From positions 2,240,001-2,304,000 of the forward strand of contig OZ250150.1 of assembly GCA_965237675.1 (NCBI GenBank): a stretch of DNA of 64,000 nt, in the 5' to 3' direction. The position numbers and the translations under genes are program-made. The notes under the pieces were generated by a model, which saw nothing but the letters and a program-made list of their open reading frames with translations, had not been told where the DNA came from and did not search any database. The stretch is from Candidatus Latescibacterota bacterium (GTDB lineage Bacteria > Latescibacterota > UBA2968 > GCA-2709665). Shown piece by piece: positions 9,870 through 19,200 of the stretch. Numbering within the stretch: position 1 is the first letter of the stretch; each line of letters begins with the position of its first letter.

Positions 9870-11192
9870 GTGAACGTTACGATGATAGTCGCCCACATTT
9901 CCGATTTCCACCTTCGCCATTTTCTCCCTGGCACCTCCACGATATCCCGCCGCCTGAGCCGGCATATGCCCGGTCTCATCTCGCAGGCCGTCGAACGCAT
10001 TCGTGCGGAATCCCCGGATCTCGTCGTGGTCACGGGCGATCTTGTCGACCATCCCTTTTACGGGATGCGCGACCCGGAATTTATCGCCCTCGGCGAAAAA
10101 GACCTCCGTCTTGTCCGGGAATGCTTCGCGTCGCTGGCCTGTCCGGTCGCCTGGCTCTACGGAAACCACGACCATCCGGGATCCTTTCACAGCGTCTTCG
10201 GCGACATGCCCGTGGATTTCCGTGTTGCCGGCCATCGTGTCCTGATCTTTTTCGACGACGAAGTGGAGGACCACTTTCCGCAGCGCATGGGGGCGCAGCG
10301 CGAACGTTTCCTCGCCGCATTGAACGACGACGATCCACGCCCGCAGATTCACCTCCAGCACTACCTCGTCGCGCCAGAGCGCGCGGGAGGCTATCCCCAC
10401 GCCTACCGCGAGGCCGGGAGCCTCAAGACCGCCCTGCTGGCTGACGGCCGGGTCCGCCTCGTGCTCAGCGGGCATTATCACAGGGGCGACAGCCTTTTTT
10501 GCGAAGGCCACGTCCACTTCGCCAATGCCCCCGCATTCGGGGAGCCGCCCCATCCGTTTCGCATCTACACCATCGAGGGGACCGGCGTCACACAGACCGA
10601 ACATCAGCTGCGGACGCCCGATGCAAAAAAAGGACGTGCCGTGTTCCTCGACCGGGACGGCACCGTCAGCCCCGAGCCCGCGTATCGAACGGGCCCTGAG
10701 CAATTCAGCCTGCTTCCCGGCGTGGCGGAAGCCCTTTCGAAATTAAAGCGTGCGGGTTACGCCCTAGTCGTTGTCTCGAATCAGACCGCCGTAGGCCAGG
10801 GATACGTCACGACCGAAACCGTAGGCGCCGTGAACGACCGCATGGCCGCCCTGCTCGGACCCTCCGGCGTGGAACTGGACGGGGTCTACTGCCGATATGG
10901 CAGCCCAGGCGCCGTGCTTCCGCAACATCGAACCGACACGCCGGAGACCAAACCCAATCCCGCGATGTTGATTGCCGCGGCCGACGACCTCAACCTTGAC
11001 CTGTCCTCGTGTTTCATGGTCGGTGACCGAACAAGCGACGTCTATGCCGGGCGCAACGCCGGCTGCCGCGCCGCCATTCTGGTGAAAACAGGATCCGGTT
11101 TGGAGGCGCTCGCGAACATGCCTCCCGGCCACGCGGACTTTTTCGCGGACGATCTCGCCGCCGTGGCGGACTGGATTCTGGAGCAGGGATGA
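9870..11192 (+). CDS. Fusion of a calcineurin-like metallophosphoesterase and a GmhB-like HAD-IIIA phosphatase
   Basis: N-terminal HISDFH, VTGDLVD, GNHD and SGHYH; C-terminal VFLDRDGT, VVSNQ, KP and MVGDRTSD. Confidence 0.88.
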   Translation: MNVTMIVAHISDFHLRHFLPGTSTISRRLSRHMPGLISQAVERIRAESPDLVVVTGDLVDHPFYGMRDPEFIALGEKDLRLVRECFASLACPVAWLYGNHDHPGSFHSVFGDMPVDFRVAGHRVLIFFDDEVEDHFPQRMGAQRERFLAALNDDDPRPQIHLQHYLVAPERAGGYPHAYREAGSLKTALLADGRVRLVLSGHYHRGDSLFCEGHVHFANAPAFGEPPHPFRIYTIEGTGVTQTEHQLRTPDAKKGRAVFLDRDGTVSPEPAYRTGPEQFSLLPGVAEALSKLKRAGYALVVVSNQTAVGQGYVTTETVGAVNDRMAALLGPSGVELDGVYCRYGSPGAVLPQHRTDTPETKPNPAMLIAAADDLNLDLSSCFMVGDRTSDVYAGRNAGCRAAILVKTGSGLEALANMPPGHADFFADDLAAVADWILEQG

Positions 11193-11815
11193 TGGCAGGA
11201 CTCTCTGTCCGAACCGTTCTGCGGGTCCTGATTCCCGCGGCCGCCGTAGCCGTGCTGATCGGTGTCGTTCTCACCGGGTATTCGCGGGAACTGGACCGGC
11301 TCCTCGGGTCCGGGCCGGAAAATCCCGCGGCATCCGAACTCCCGACCATCCTGACCAGCGTCGCGGAATCGTTATCCACCTCCGAACTGGCCGGGTTGCT
11401 AGCAGAGCAACTCGTTCCGCCGGGCCGTTCGGATCCTTCAGGTGGATTAAGGCGGACCGGCTTCGCCCTCCTGCTCTCCCTGAAATACGAAAAAGAAAGC
11501 CTGCTGGCTTTCTTTTTCGACCGGACTCCGTTCGCCCTGCCTCGAAATACCTTCGTGCGGGGTTTTAAGCGCGCGGCTCGCGCCTATTTCGGCGTATCTC
11601 CGGCCCGGCTGACCACGGGAGAAGCGATCATGCTATTCCATCTTGCCCGTTTTCCCGATGCGCCAGTACCGGTAAACGACCCGGAACAAGCCCTGGAACT
11701 TCGGAAGCGCCTCCTGCTGGATCTCCGGAAAGACAAACTGATTACCCCGGCGCAGTACCGTTCCGAAACCAGCCGGCCGCTCATCCTGTCCGGCAGCCAT
11801 CCGGCCGTGTGGTGA
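11189..11815 (+). CDS. Membrane-anchored transglycosylase (GT51)-like protein, probably catalytically degenerate (copy A)
   Basis: N-terminal TM; VRGF..AA.AYFGV...LT.GEA and P....P..A...R..LL resemble the GT51 C-terminal half. No EDxxFxxHxG motif. ATGA overlap with the upstream gene. Confidence 0.65.
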   Translation: MMAGLSVRTVLRVLIPAAAVAVLIGVVLTGYSRELDRLLGSGPENPAASELPTILTSVAESLSTSELAGLLAEQLVPPGRSDPSGGLRRTGFALLLSLKYEKESLLAFFFDRTPFALPRNTFVRGFKRAARAYFGVSPARLTTGEAIMLFHLARFPDAPVPVNDPEQALELRKRLLLDLRKDKLITPAQYRSETSRPLILSGSHPAVW

Positions 11816-11963
11816 ATTACGGCAGTCATGGCGCTGGTCGCTGGTGCGGCTGATGATAAGATGGGATGTGGAAGAGCCGTTCGATGACCATCGCAAGGGC
11901 GGAAACAGACAGGCCGCACCACAACCCGTCCGAAAAAGCGGTCTGGAAACAGCGGCGATATCA

Positions 11964-12014
11964 ATACGGCCACAAGAGCCGGCCGCAGCCCGGATGGACT
12001 TTTTCAATGGGCTG
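11964..12014 (-). mobile_element. One-ended remnant of the MITE at 51884-52043
   Basis: Reverse complement CAGCCCATTGAAAAAGTCCATCCGGGCTGCGGCCGGCTCTTGTGGCCG matches the left end of that MITE; the end abuts CTAA. Confidence 0.75.
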
Positions 12015-12070
12015 CTAAGGCAAACAGCCTTGTCACTGAAGTCTCCCAACGTGGGGTTTATACCAGGGAG

Positions 12071-14596
12071 TCAAAAGGCGTATCGGACTTTTGTGTACCA
12101 GAATGCCCCATTGAAACCAAATGGGGTGTACTCGCTGTACTTTTCACCCACGGAACCTTTGTTCTTGTTCTCTTCCGGAAAGGTATTGAGCACATTGCGG
12201 GAGCCAAGGGTAATCCGCATTTCTGCATTCAGTTCGATGCTGGTTTCGATATCGAACAACGGCCATACGGCGGGATATGTTTGATCGTTATCCCTGTCCC
12301 ACCAGGAATCGTAATAGCTCATGCGAACCAGGGAATCCCACCTGTCGTTGAAAGACTGCGTCAAGGTCGCGTTGGCGCGGCTTTCGGGAAGTGCTTCCTC
12401 TAGTTGCCGCACGCGTGTCTCGCTCAATGTTTCGGTGAGCCTGGTTACTTCCGTGTCCGTGAAGTTGTAAACAAGGCTGACATCGCCATTGCCCGCGGGT
12501 GCGACAAAAACGACGTCGACGCCGCGGGTTCTGGTTTCGAAGTCGTTGATGAAGAAACGGAAGGTCTGGATGTTTCTCGCGCTGGTAATGCCCGAAGCGA
12601 TCAATTGGTCGCGCTGGGCATCGGTCAGAGAGTAGTCCGTTGAAATACCCAGGCGGTCCTTCAGGTCGATTTGAAAATAATCGACGGTCAAACTGAAGTT
12701 TGCCCTGTCCACGATGAAGCCACCGGTGAAGTTGTTCGACTTTTCAGGGTCGAGAGGCTTGCCGCCCACCAGTTTCGAGGCGGCGTGGGTCGATGGAATG
12801 GTGCCTATGTTGACCAGGTCGTTCAACGCGGGATCGAATCGAGTCGATACGTTGAAAGAATTCTGTTGACCGGGTGTGGGGGCTCTGAAACAGGTGCTGA
12901 AACTGCCGCGCAATTTCAGCTCTTCCGTGATGCCGAAGTGGGTAGCCGCCTTGTAGTTGAGGGTCGAACCGAAGTCACTGAAGTTTTCATAGCGCAGCGC
13001 CAGACCGAGCAGCCAATTGTCCGACGGGGTAATTTCGGCATCCCCATAAGCCGCGTAATTGGACCGACTCCAGTCGCCGGCGGCAATATCGCTGAAGCCG
13101 GAAAATCCATTGGACGCAGCACTGAATCCCTGGGGAGCCAGGGGGCCTATTTGATAGGACTCGGGTTGTCCCCGCACAACTTCGTATTTCTCATTTCTGT
13201 ATTCGAGACCGGCAGCCAGGAAGACCTGATCGCTTACAGGAAACGTAAGGTCGAGGTTAAAATTGAGGTCTTTCTGGATATAGCCTCCGGGATCGAATTC
13301 CGTGGGGGTATTGCGTCCCAAAGAGGCATTCACCGTGTTTTTGATCACGAAGTCGGCTTCGTGACTCCCGTAATACGCACTGAGGTCCCATGTCCAGAGC
13401 GGGTCGAAATGGGTGCCCTTAACCCCCACGAGAAGGGCCTGATCGGCGGCGGCGCCGCCGAATCGGGGGGTAAAACCGCCGGGAAAGCGTTCGCGGAACG
13501 TGAAATAGTCGTCTTTATTATCTAAAACCTGTTGGAGCGCGTCCGGGTCCGCCATGTTGTCGGTTATGGCGACTACGGGAGGATCGGGCGCATCGGGGTC
13601 CAATTTGCCCACGAGCAAGGTCTCACCGCCATCGGCACTGAAGACGCCCCCGCGCGTATTGGGATTTCTAAAGAAGAATCCGCCTTCCACTTCTTTGCTC
13701 GCATAGTTGGCATAGCCGTAGAACCTGGTGTATTCCGACAGGTTTCCGCCGTAGTTGGCAAAGAATTTGAGGTCGTTCCTGATGATGGGCGAACCCCAGA
13801 CCTGGGCGGGATCCGCCACGTCGGTATTGCCGGCGGCAATGAGCGCCTTGGCGTCGTCGCGTTGCGCAGATCGATCGGTATCGTCCGCGTTGCCATATTC
13901 CAGGCTGAGGTTTGCCCACGCATTTTCGCTTCCCAGGCCGATATTGCCGGCGAAACTGTACTTAAAACCATCGCCTGCCTGATAGATACCGGGCTTGATT
14001 TCAATCGAGCCGCCGCGTTGCCGGTCTTTGAGCTGGAAACTCATCACGCCGGCAATGGCGTCGGAACCGTATTGCGCGGAGGCGCCGTCGCGCAGGATTT
14101 CCACCTGTTTCAGGGCAATCGCCGGAATCACCGATATGTCTGCCCCCTGCGCACCGTCCGATACGCCGTTGCCATGCCAAACGACGAGAGAGCTGCGATG
14201 GCGGCGTTTGCCGTTGATGAGGACCAGCGTGTGGTCGGGGGCGAGGCCGCGCAGATTGGCGGGACGGACAAGCGTGGAGGCATCGCTGATGGGTTGGGTG
14301 TTGACATTGAAGGAAGGCACAACCGTTCTCACCAGATTTTGCAAATCGGCTTCGCCTTGTTTGACGATCTCTGCGCCGCTGACCACGTCGACGGGAACGG
14401 CCGATTCGACGACGGAACGCGGTTTTGCCCGGGAGCCGATGACCACCAATTCTTCGAGGACGATCACCTGGTCGAGGACAGACGTCGTATCCGTGCTTTC
14501 GGAATGCGGCGTTTCCTGCGACACGGCAGGCCCATACGGAATGAGCATGGAAGCCATGCCGAATACGAGAGACAAAAAACCATGGTTGTGTTGCAT
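12071..14596 (-). CDS. TonB-dependent outer membrane receptor
   Basis: Signal peptide, TonB-box-like EELVVIGSR, plug NLRGL.PDHTLVLINGKRRH and EILRDGASAQYGSDAIAGV, LDPEKS, terminal Phe. Confidence 0.95.
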   Translation of the reverse strand: MQHNHGFLSLVFGMASMLIPYGPAVSQETPHSESTDTTSVLDQVIVLEELVVIGSRAKPRSVVESAVPVDVVSGAEIVKQGEADLQNLVRTVVPSFNVNTQPISDASTLVRPANLRGLAPDHTLVLINGKRRHRSSLVVWHGNGVSDGAQGADISVIPAIALKQVEILRDGASAQYGSDAIAGVMSFQLKDRQRGGSIEIKPGIYQAGDGFKYSFAGNIGLGSENAWANLSLEYGNADDTDRSAQRDDAKALIAAGNTDVADPAQVWGSPIIRNDLKFFANYGGNLSEYTRFYGYANYASKEVEGGFFFRNPNTRGGVFSADGGETLLVGKLDPDAPDPPVVAITDNMADPDALQQVLDNKDDYFTFRERFPGGFTPRFGGAAADQALLVGVKGTHFDPLWTWDLSAYYGSHEADFVIKNTVNASLGRNTPTEFDPGGYIQKDLNFNLDLTFPVSDQVFLAAGLEYRNEKYEVVRGQPESYQIGPLAPQGFSAASNGFSGFSDIAAGDWSRSNYAAYGDAEITPSDNWLLGLALRYENFSDFGSTLNYKAATHFGITEELKLRGSFSTCFRAPTPGQQNSFNVSTRFDPALNDLVNIGTIPSTHAASKLVGGKPLDPEKSNNFTGGFIVDRANFSLTVDYFQIDLKDRLGISTDYSLTDAQRDQLIASGITSARNIQTFRFFINDFETRTRGVDVVFVAPAGNGDVSLVYNFTDTEVTRLTETLSETRVRQLEEALPESRANATLTQSFNDRWDSLVRMSYYDSWWDRDNDQTYPAVWPLFDIETSIELNAEMRITLGSRNVLNTFPEENKNKGSVGEKYSEYTPFGFNGAFWYTKVRYAF

Positions 14597-14823
14597 TGTA
14601 CCCTCTTTGATAAGGCTGTGAAATTGGATTTCTCAGAACAGCCAAAATTAATACAAAACGCCTCGGTCAGACAACCCGAAAAATGGGTGCTCCCGGAAAA
14701 ATCATTGCGATGCAACGAGTTTTTGTGTTCCGCACGAGTCCCATCCTACCGTACCCGTCGCATGAAAAGGCGTCCGATGCCGGGGGAGACACCGGGTGCT
14801 TTTCAGGGGTCGACGGGCCGGGC

Positions 14824-15153
14824 CTACTCGAGGTAGAGCATTCGCCGGGTCTGCAGGCCGCCCGGATAGTGCAGGCGCGTGAAATAAATTCCCGTGGACA
14901 CGCGCCGCCCCGCTACGTCGCGGGCGTCCCAGGACACCCGGTAGGCGCCGGCGGTCTGCACCTCGTCCACCAGAATGCGCAGGCGCTGCCCGAGGAGGTT
15001 GTAGATCTCCAGGCGCACCGGTCCGTCCGTGTCCAGCCGGTAGGGAATGAGGGTGCTGGCGTTGAAGGGGTTGGGCGCGTTGGGCGCCAAGCAGCCCGGC
15101 GGCCCGTCCGCGATCGCCGGCTTGGAGGCCGGGGCGGCCCTCTTCGTGGTCAC
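14824..15153 (-). pseudogene. Orphan FlgD-Ig / T9SS-type C-terminal sorting domain (gene remnant)
   Basis: NAPNPFNAST.I.Y, LEIYNLLGQR, VSWDARD..G..VSTGIYF; no signal peptide; the N-terminal part is cut off at the duplication junction (~15170). Confidence 0.8.
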
Positions 15154-15206
15154 CTTGACGTAGTTGGACCGCTTGCCGTCGCCGCGGACTGGATTCTGGA
15201 GCAGAG

Positions 15207-15833
15207 ATGATGGCAGGACTCTCTGTCCGATCCGTTCTGCGGGTCCTGATTCCGGCGGCCGTCGCGGCCGTGCTCGTCGGTGCCGTCATCAACGGGTATT
15301 CGCGGGAACTGGACCGACTCCTCGGCTCCGCGCCGGAGAACTCCGCCGCTTCCGATCTCCCGTCCATTCTGCACAGGGTCGCAGACTCGCTGTCGACTGC
15401 GGAACTGGCCGGAACGCTTGCAGAACAACTGCCGCCTTCGGATGGCTCGGAACCAGCCGGCGGTCTAAAGCGAGCCTGCTACGCCTTCCTGATAGCCCGC
15501 AACTATAAAAAAGAAAGCCTGGTGGCTTTCTTTTTCGACCGGACCCCCTTTCAGTTTCCTCGAAGCAGCGTCGTTCGGGGTTTCGCCGCCGCCGCAAGCG
15601 CTTATTTCGGCGTATCTCTAGACCGGCTGACCACGGGAGAGGCAATCCTGCTATTCCATCTTGCCCGCACTCCCGATGCGCCGGTACCGGTAAACGACCC
15701 GGAACAAGCACTCGAACTTCGAAACCGCCTCCTGCTGGATCTCCTGAATGACGAGCTCATTACACCCGCGCATTACCGTTCCGAATCCGGCCGGCCGCTC
15801 ATCCTGTCCGGCAGCCATCCCGCCGTGTGGTGA
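15207..15833 (+). CDS. Transglycosylase-like protein (copy B)
   Basis: 208 aa, ungapped against copy A; about 52 differences by manual count (~75% identity). Confidence 0.7.
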   Translation: MMAGLSVRSVLRVLIPAAVAAVLVGAVINGYSRELDRLLGSAPENSAASDLPSILHRVADSLSTAELAGTLAEQLPPSDGSEPAGGLKRACYAFLIARNYKKESLVAFFFDRTPFQFPRSSVVRGFAAAASAYFGVSLDRLTTGEAILLFHLARTPDAPVPVNDPEQALELRNRLLLDLLNDELITPAHYRSESGRPLILSGSHPAVW

Positions 15834-16258
15834 GATACCCAATGGGAAAATTTCCACCTCATTCCAGAAGGTCCAAGTGCGCCACGCAGGCAATTCTGAG
15901 CGACGGGAGAAAGGTCGTCCATACGCCAGGTAGATGAATAGTACAGTGGCAGGTTGGGGTGGGTAAACTTGCAATGTGGGAAGTTGATTGGTCGGCTGAC
16001 GCCTGGCCGCCAACGTCACTCCAGAGGCGGTCGCCGAGCATGAGGCGCCACCCACGTGGCAGGTCTGTCCGTTTCCCTCGTAGAGGGACAGGACGCTGCA
16101 GGGCGTCAGCACTTCAGGCTTTCGACCCAGGCCTGAACCACTTGCCCCATCTACCGCCACGAATTCTTCCTGAGTCAATACCTCGCTACAGCCGAGGTAG
16201 GCATAGGCATGATCGGTAAAAGGGATACGCCTCCCGTCCCCTCATTCTGAGCCCGTGT

Positions 16259-19200
16259 CTACCAATGCGTGGTTAGTCTACACCGAACGCCGTGCACCGG
16301 GTTTCCTCGGCCCGGACTCTCTCTGCGACTGACATCGAAGCCCAGGTCGAAGTTGATGGTGCCTTCCTGCAACAAGGCCAGGTCGTAGCCCAGTTGGTAG
16401 TCCCGACCGTATTCGGAGGTCCCTATTCCGATTCTCGGGCTCACCACCAGGCTGCGATAGATCGGCAGTCCGTAGCCAAACTCGGCCTGCAGACTTTGGC
16501 CTGACGTGGGGACGCCGGGCGCCATCCCCGCCATCGTCGGCCGGTTCCAGAGTGCTCCGGCTCCGCTCTGGGCCTGTCCGCCCCAGGCCGGCGCTACCCG
16601 CGCCTTGAAGCCCAACGGCGTCGACGGCGTCGGGTCGTAGCTGAGCGACACAGACAGGCCCCGGTCACGGTAGCCCTCATCCTGATGCACCATCAGGAAC
16701 CGGACCCGCACGTCGACCCTGAGTCCTGTCTCCAAGTCCGATACGATCAGGCCTCCACCGAGATCCATCCCCGTCCCCGTCTCGGCGTCCCCGCCGTCGC
16801 GTCGCAGCCCGATCTCCAGGCTCGGGCCCAGCATCAACCCGCGCTCGAATCCAAATTCGCGCGCGGCCTCCAGGGCCGTACGGTAGCGGGTCACCACCGC
16901 TTCGGTCGCCGCCAGGCGGCCGGAGGGACCTTCCACGCCCTCGATGCCGGTGCCGACCCAAAGGGCATCCGCCTTGAACGCCAAGTTCAGGCCACCCAAC
17001 CCGGAGGCCGCAAGATCACTCCGCAAGCCGCCTGCCGCCATGGCCATGGACAGCCTGCTTTCGAGAGGGTCTCCTTCGCCCGGCGTCAACGTAAGCGCAC
17101 CCTTCCCGTACCCGGTCACACCCCAGAAGGTTACCCGGTCGCTCGCCTTATAGCCGAGCCAGGGGTAGAGACCGGTCACCCGCGTGGTCACATCGCCGAC
17201 GTCCACGCCCGTATAACCGCCCCGGCCTCGGCGGTGGGACAGAGTCAGGCCGGCCATGAGCGGTCCTTTCGCAAAGTCGGCACCCATCATCGTCGCACGG
17301 ACCCGACCGTCAACGGACAGCTCACCTTCGCGGCCCATGAACTGTGTCTGCGCTCCGCGGCTCCACAGTGAGAAGACAACGCCCTGTCCGGTTTCCCGGT
17401 TCCATTCGAAGTTCGAGCCGGTCACCATGTCTCCGCCACCTGCACCCATTCGCAGCAGGCCTCCCGCATCCATCCCGCCGGCCGCCTTCGGCGCACTTTC
17501 GTCGATCTCCAGATTCCGCCGTGACTCCGCACCGGCCATCTCCCCAGCCGGGAAGCCGCCCATCGGATCCCTGCCGTGCTCGGCAGGAGCCCGGGCGCCG
17601 GCCAGACTTGCCAACCCGTTCAGGACGTCGCGAGCGATCTCCCGCTCCAGACCCGGCCGCAGTTCCCGGCCGGCCAGCTTGGCCCGCAGGCCCGACTTGC
17701 GAGGCGCACGGATTCGCTCCGCCACCTGCTCGACCACCTGCACCGCCGACGCGCGCGCGAAGCGCGCCAGAAACGCCTTGGGCATCGGGTCCCGGTTCTC
17801 GATCGTGCCGGTCGCCGTGGCGTCGGAAAGGTAAGCGCTGCCGCCCGAGGCGTTGCTCAGGGTCAACGTGAACGTCTCCTCGCCCTCGTCATGCGCGTCG
17901 TCCAGCAACGCTACCGACACCGTCTTAGAGGTCTCGCCGACCGTGAAAGTGAGCGTGCCGGACGTGTCCACGTAGTCCGCCCCCACCTTGGCCGTGCCGT
18001 TACTGGTCGCGTAGTCCACAGTCACCGGTTCTGACGCAGTGCGGCTCAAGCCCACCACAAAGTCTACCGTCTCACCCTCCGCCTCCGTCCCCCGGGCGTC
18101 ATCCACCGAGAGGGACGGCGGACCCGGCACCGTCGCCGAGTCCCCCGCCGACAACGGACGGTTGCCCCCGATGCAGATGGCACCCGCGTCTCCACAGTCC
18201 GTCGTCGCTGGGAGCCGGATGGTCACGGCGACATTGCCGTCAGGCTCTACGGTGATCTCCCAACGCTTGTTCTTTCCCGGCACGAGACGCCGCACCCCGG
18301 CCACCTGCCCGTTCGTCACCGTGAAGGCCGCCTCGCGCAGCGACGCGTAGGACAGACCCGTCACTTCCTCGCTGAAGCGAAGCTCAAAGGTGAATGGCGC
18401 GCTCCCATCGTGGGCGGTCACCGACATATTCCGGAACTCCGCCGTCAGTGGCACCGGCCCCGGCACCGTCTTCGAGTCCCCCGCCGACAACGGACGAGTC
18501 CCGATGCAGATCGCACCCGACGCTCCGCAGTCCGTCGTCGCCGGAAGTGTAATGGTCACGTCGGCATTGCCGTCGGGCTCGACGGTGATCTCCCAGCGCT
18601 TGTTCTTTCCCGGCACGAGCCGCCGCGCCTTCGTCACCTCCCCGTTTGTCACTGTGAAGGCAGCGTCGCGCAGCGTAGATAAGCTCAGACCCGCCGTCCA
18701 GTTCTCGCTGAAGCGAAGCTCAAAGGTGAACGCCGTACTCCCGTCGTGGGCGGTCACGGAAATATCCCGGATCTCCGCCGTCAGCGCCACTGCAGGCTCA
18801 TCATCATCCTCGATGGTGCCGGTCGCCGTCGCGTCTTTGAGGTACGCGTTGCCACCTGAGGCGTTGCTCAACGTCAGCGTGAACGTCTCGTCGTCCTCGT
18901 CATGCGTGTCGTCCAGCACTGCTACCGACACCGTCTTCGACGTCTCGCCGGACAGGAAAGTGAGCGTGCCGGACGTATCCGCGAAGTCCACTTCGGCGGT
19001 TGCCGAGCCATTACTGGTCGTGTAGTCAACCGTCACTATCTCGGACGCGACGCGGCTCAAACTCACTGCAAAGTCAACCGTCTCACCTGCCGACTCCGTG
19101 CCCCGGGCGTCGGCCATCGAGAGCCCCGGCGGGGGACCCGGCACCGTCGCCGTGTCTCCCGCCGACAGCGGGCGAATTCCGATGCAGATAGCTCCAGGAT

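Larger units (their letters stand above)
11154..15833 (+). repeat. Diverged ~660-bp direct repeat (11154-11815 and 15172-15833) flanking the TBDR cassette
   Basis: Ungapped with offset 4018. Includes the last codons of the GmhB-like gene (ADWILEQ) and the whole transglycosylase-like gene; homology stops at the stop codon. Confidence 0.92.

Noticed and set aside
14608-14640. Fur box upstream of the TBDR
   Set aside because: TGAAATTGGATTTCTCA does not fit the 7-1-7 spacing; the match is too weak.
11154-15833. Diversity-generating retroelement TR/VR pair
   Set aside because: The differences are not adenine-specific, they span a whole gene, and no reverse transcriptase is present.
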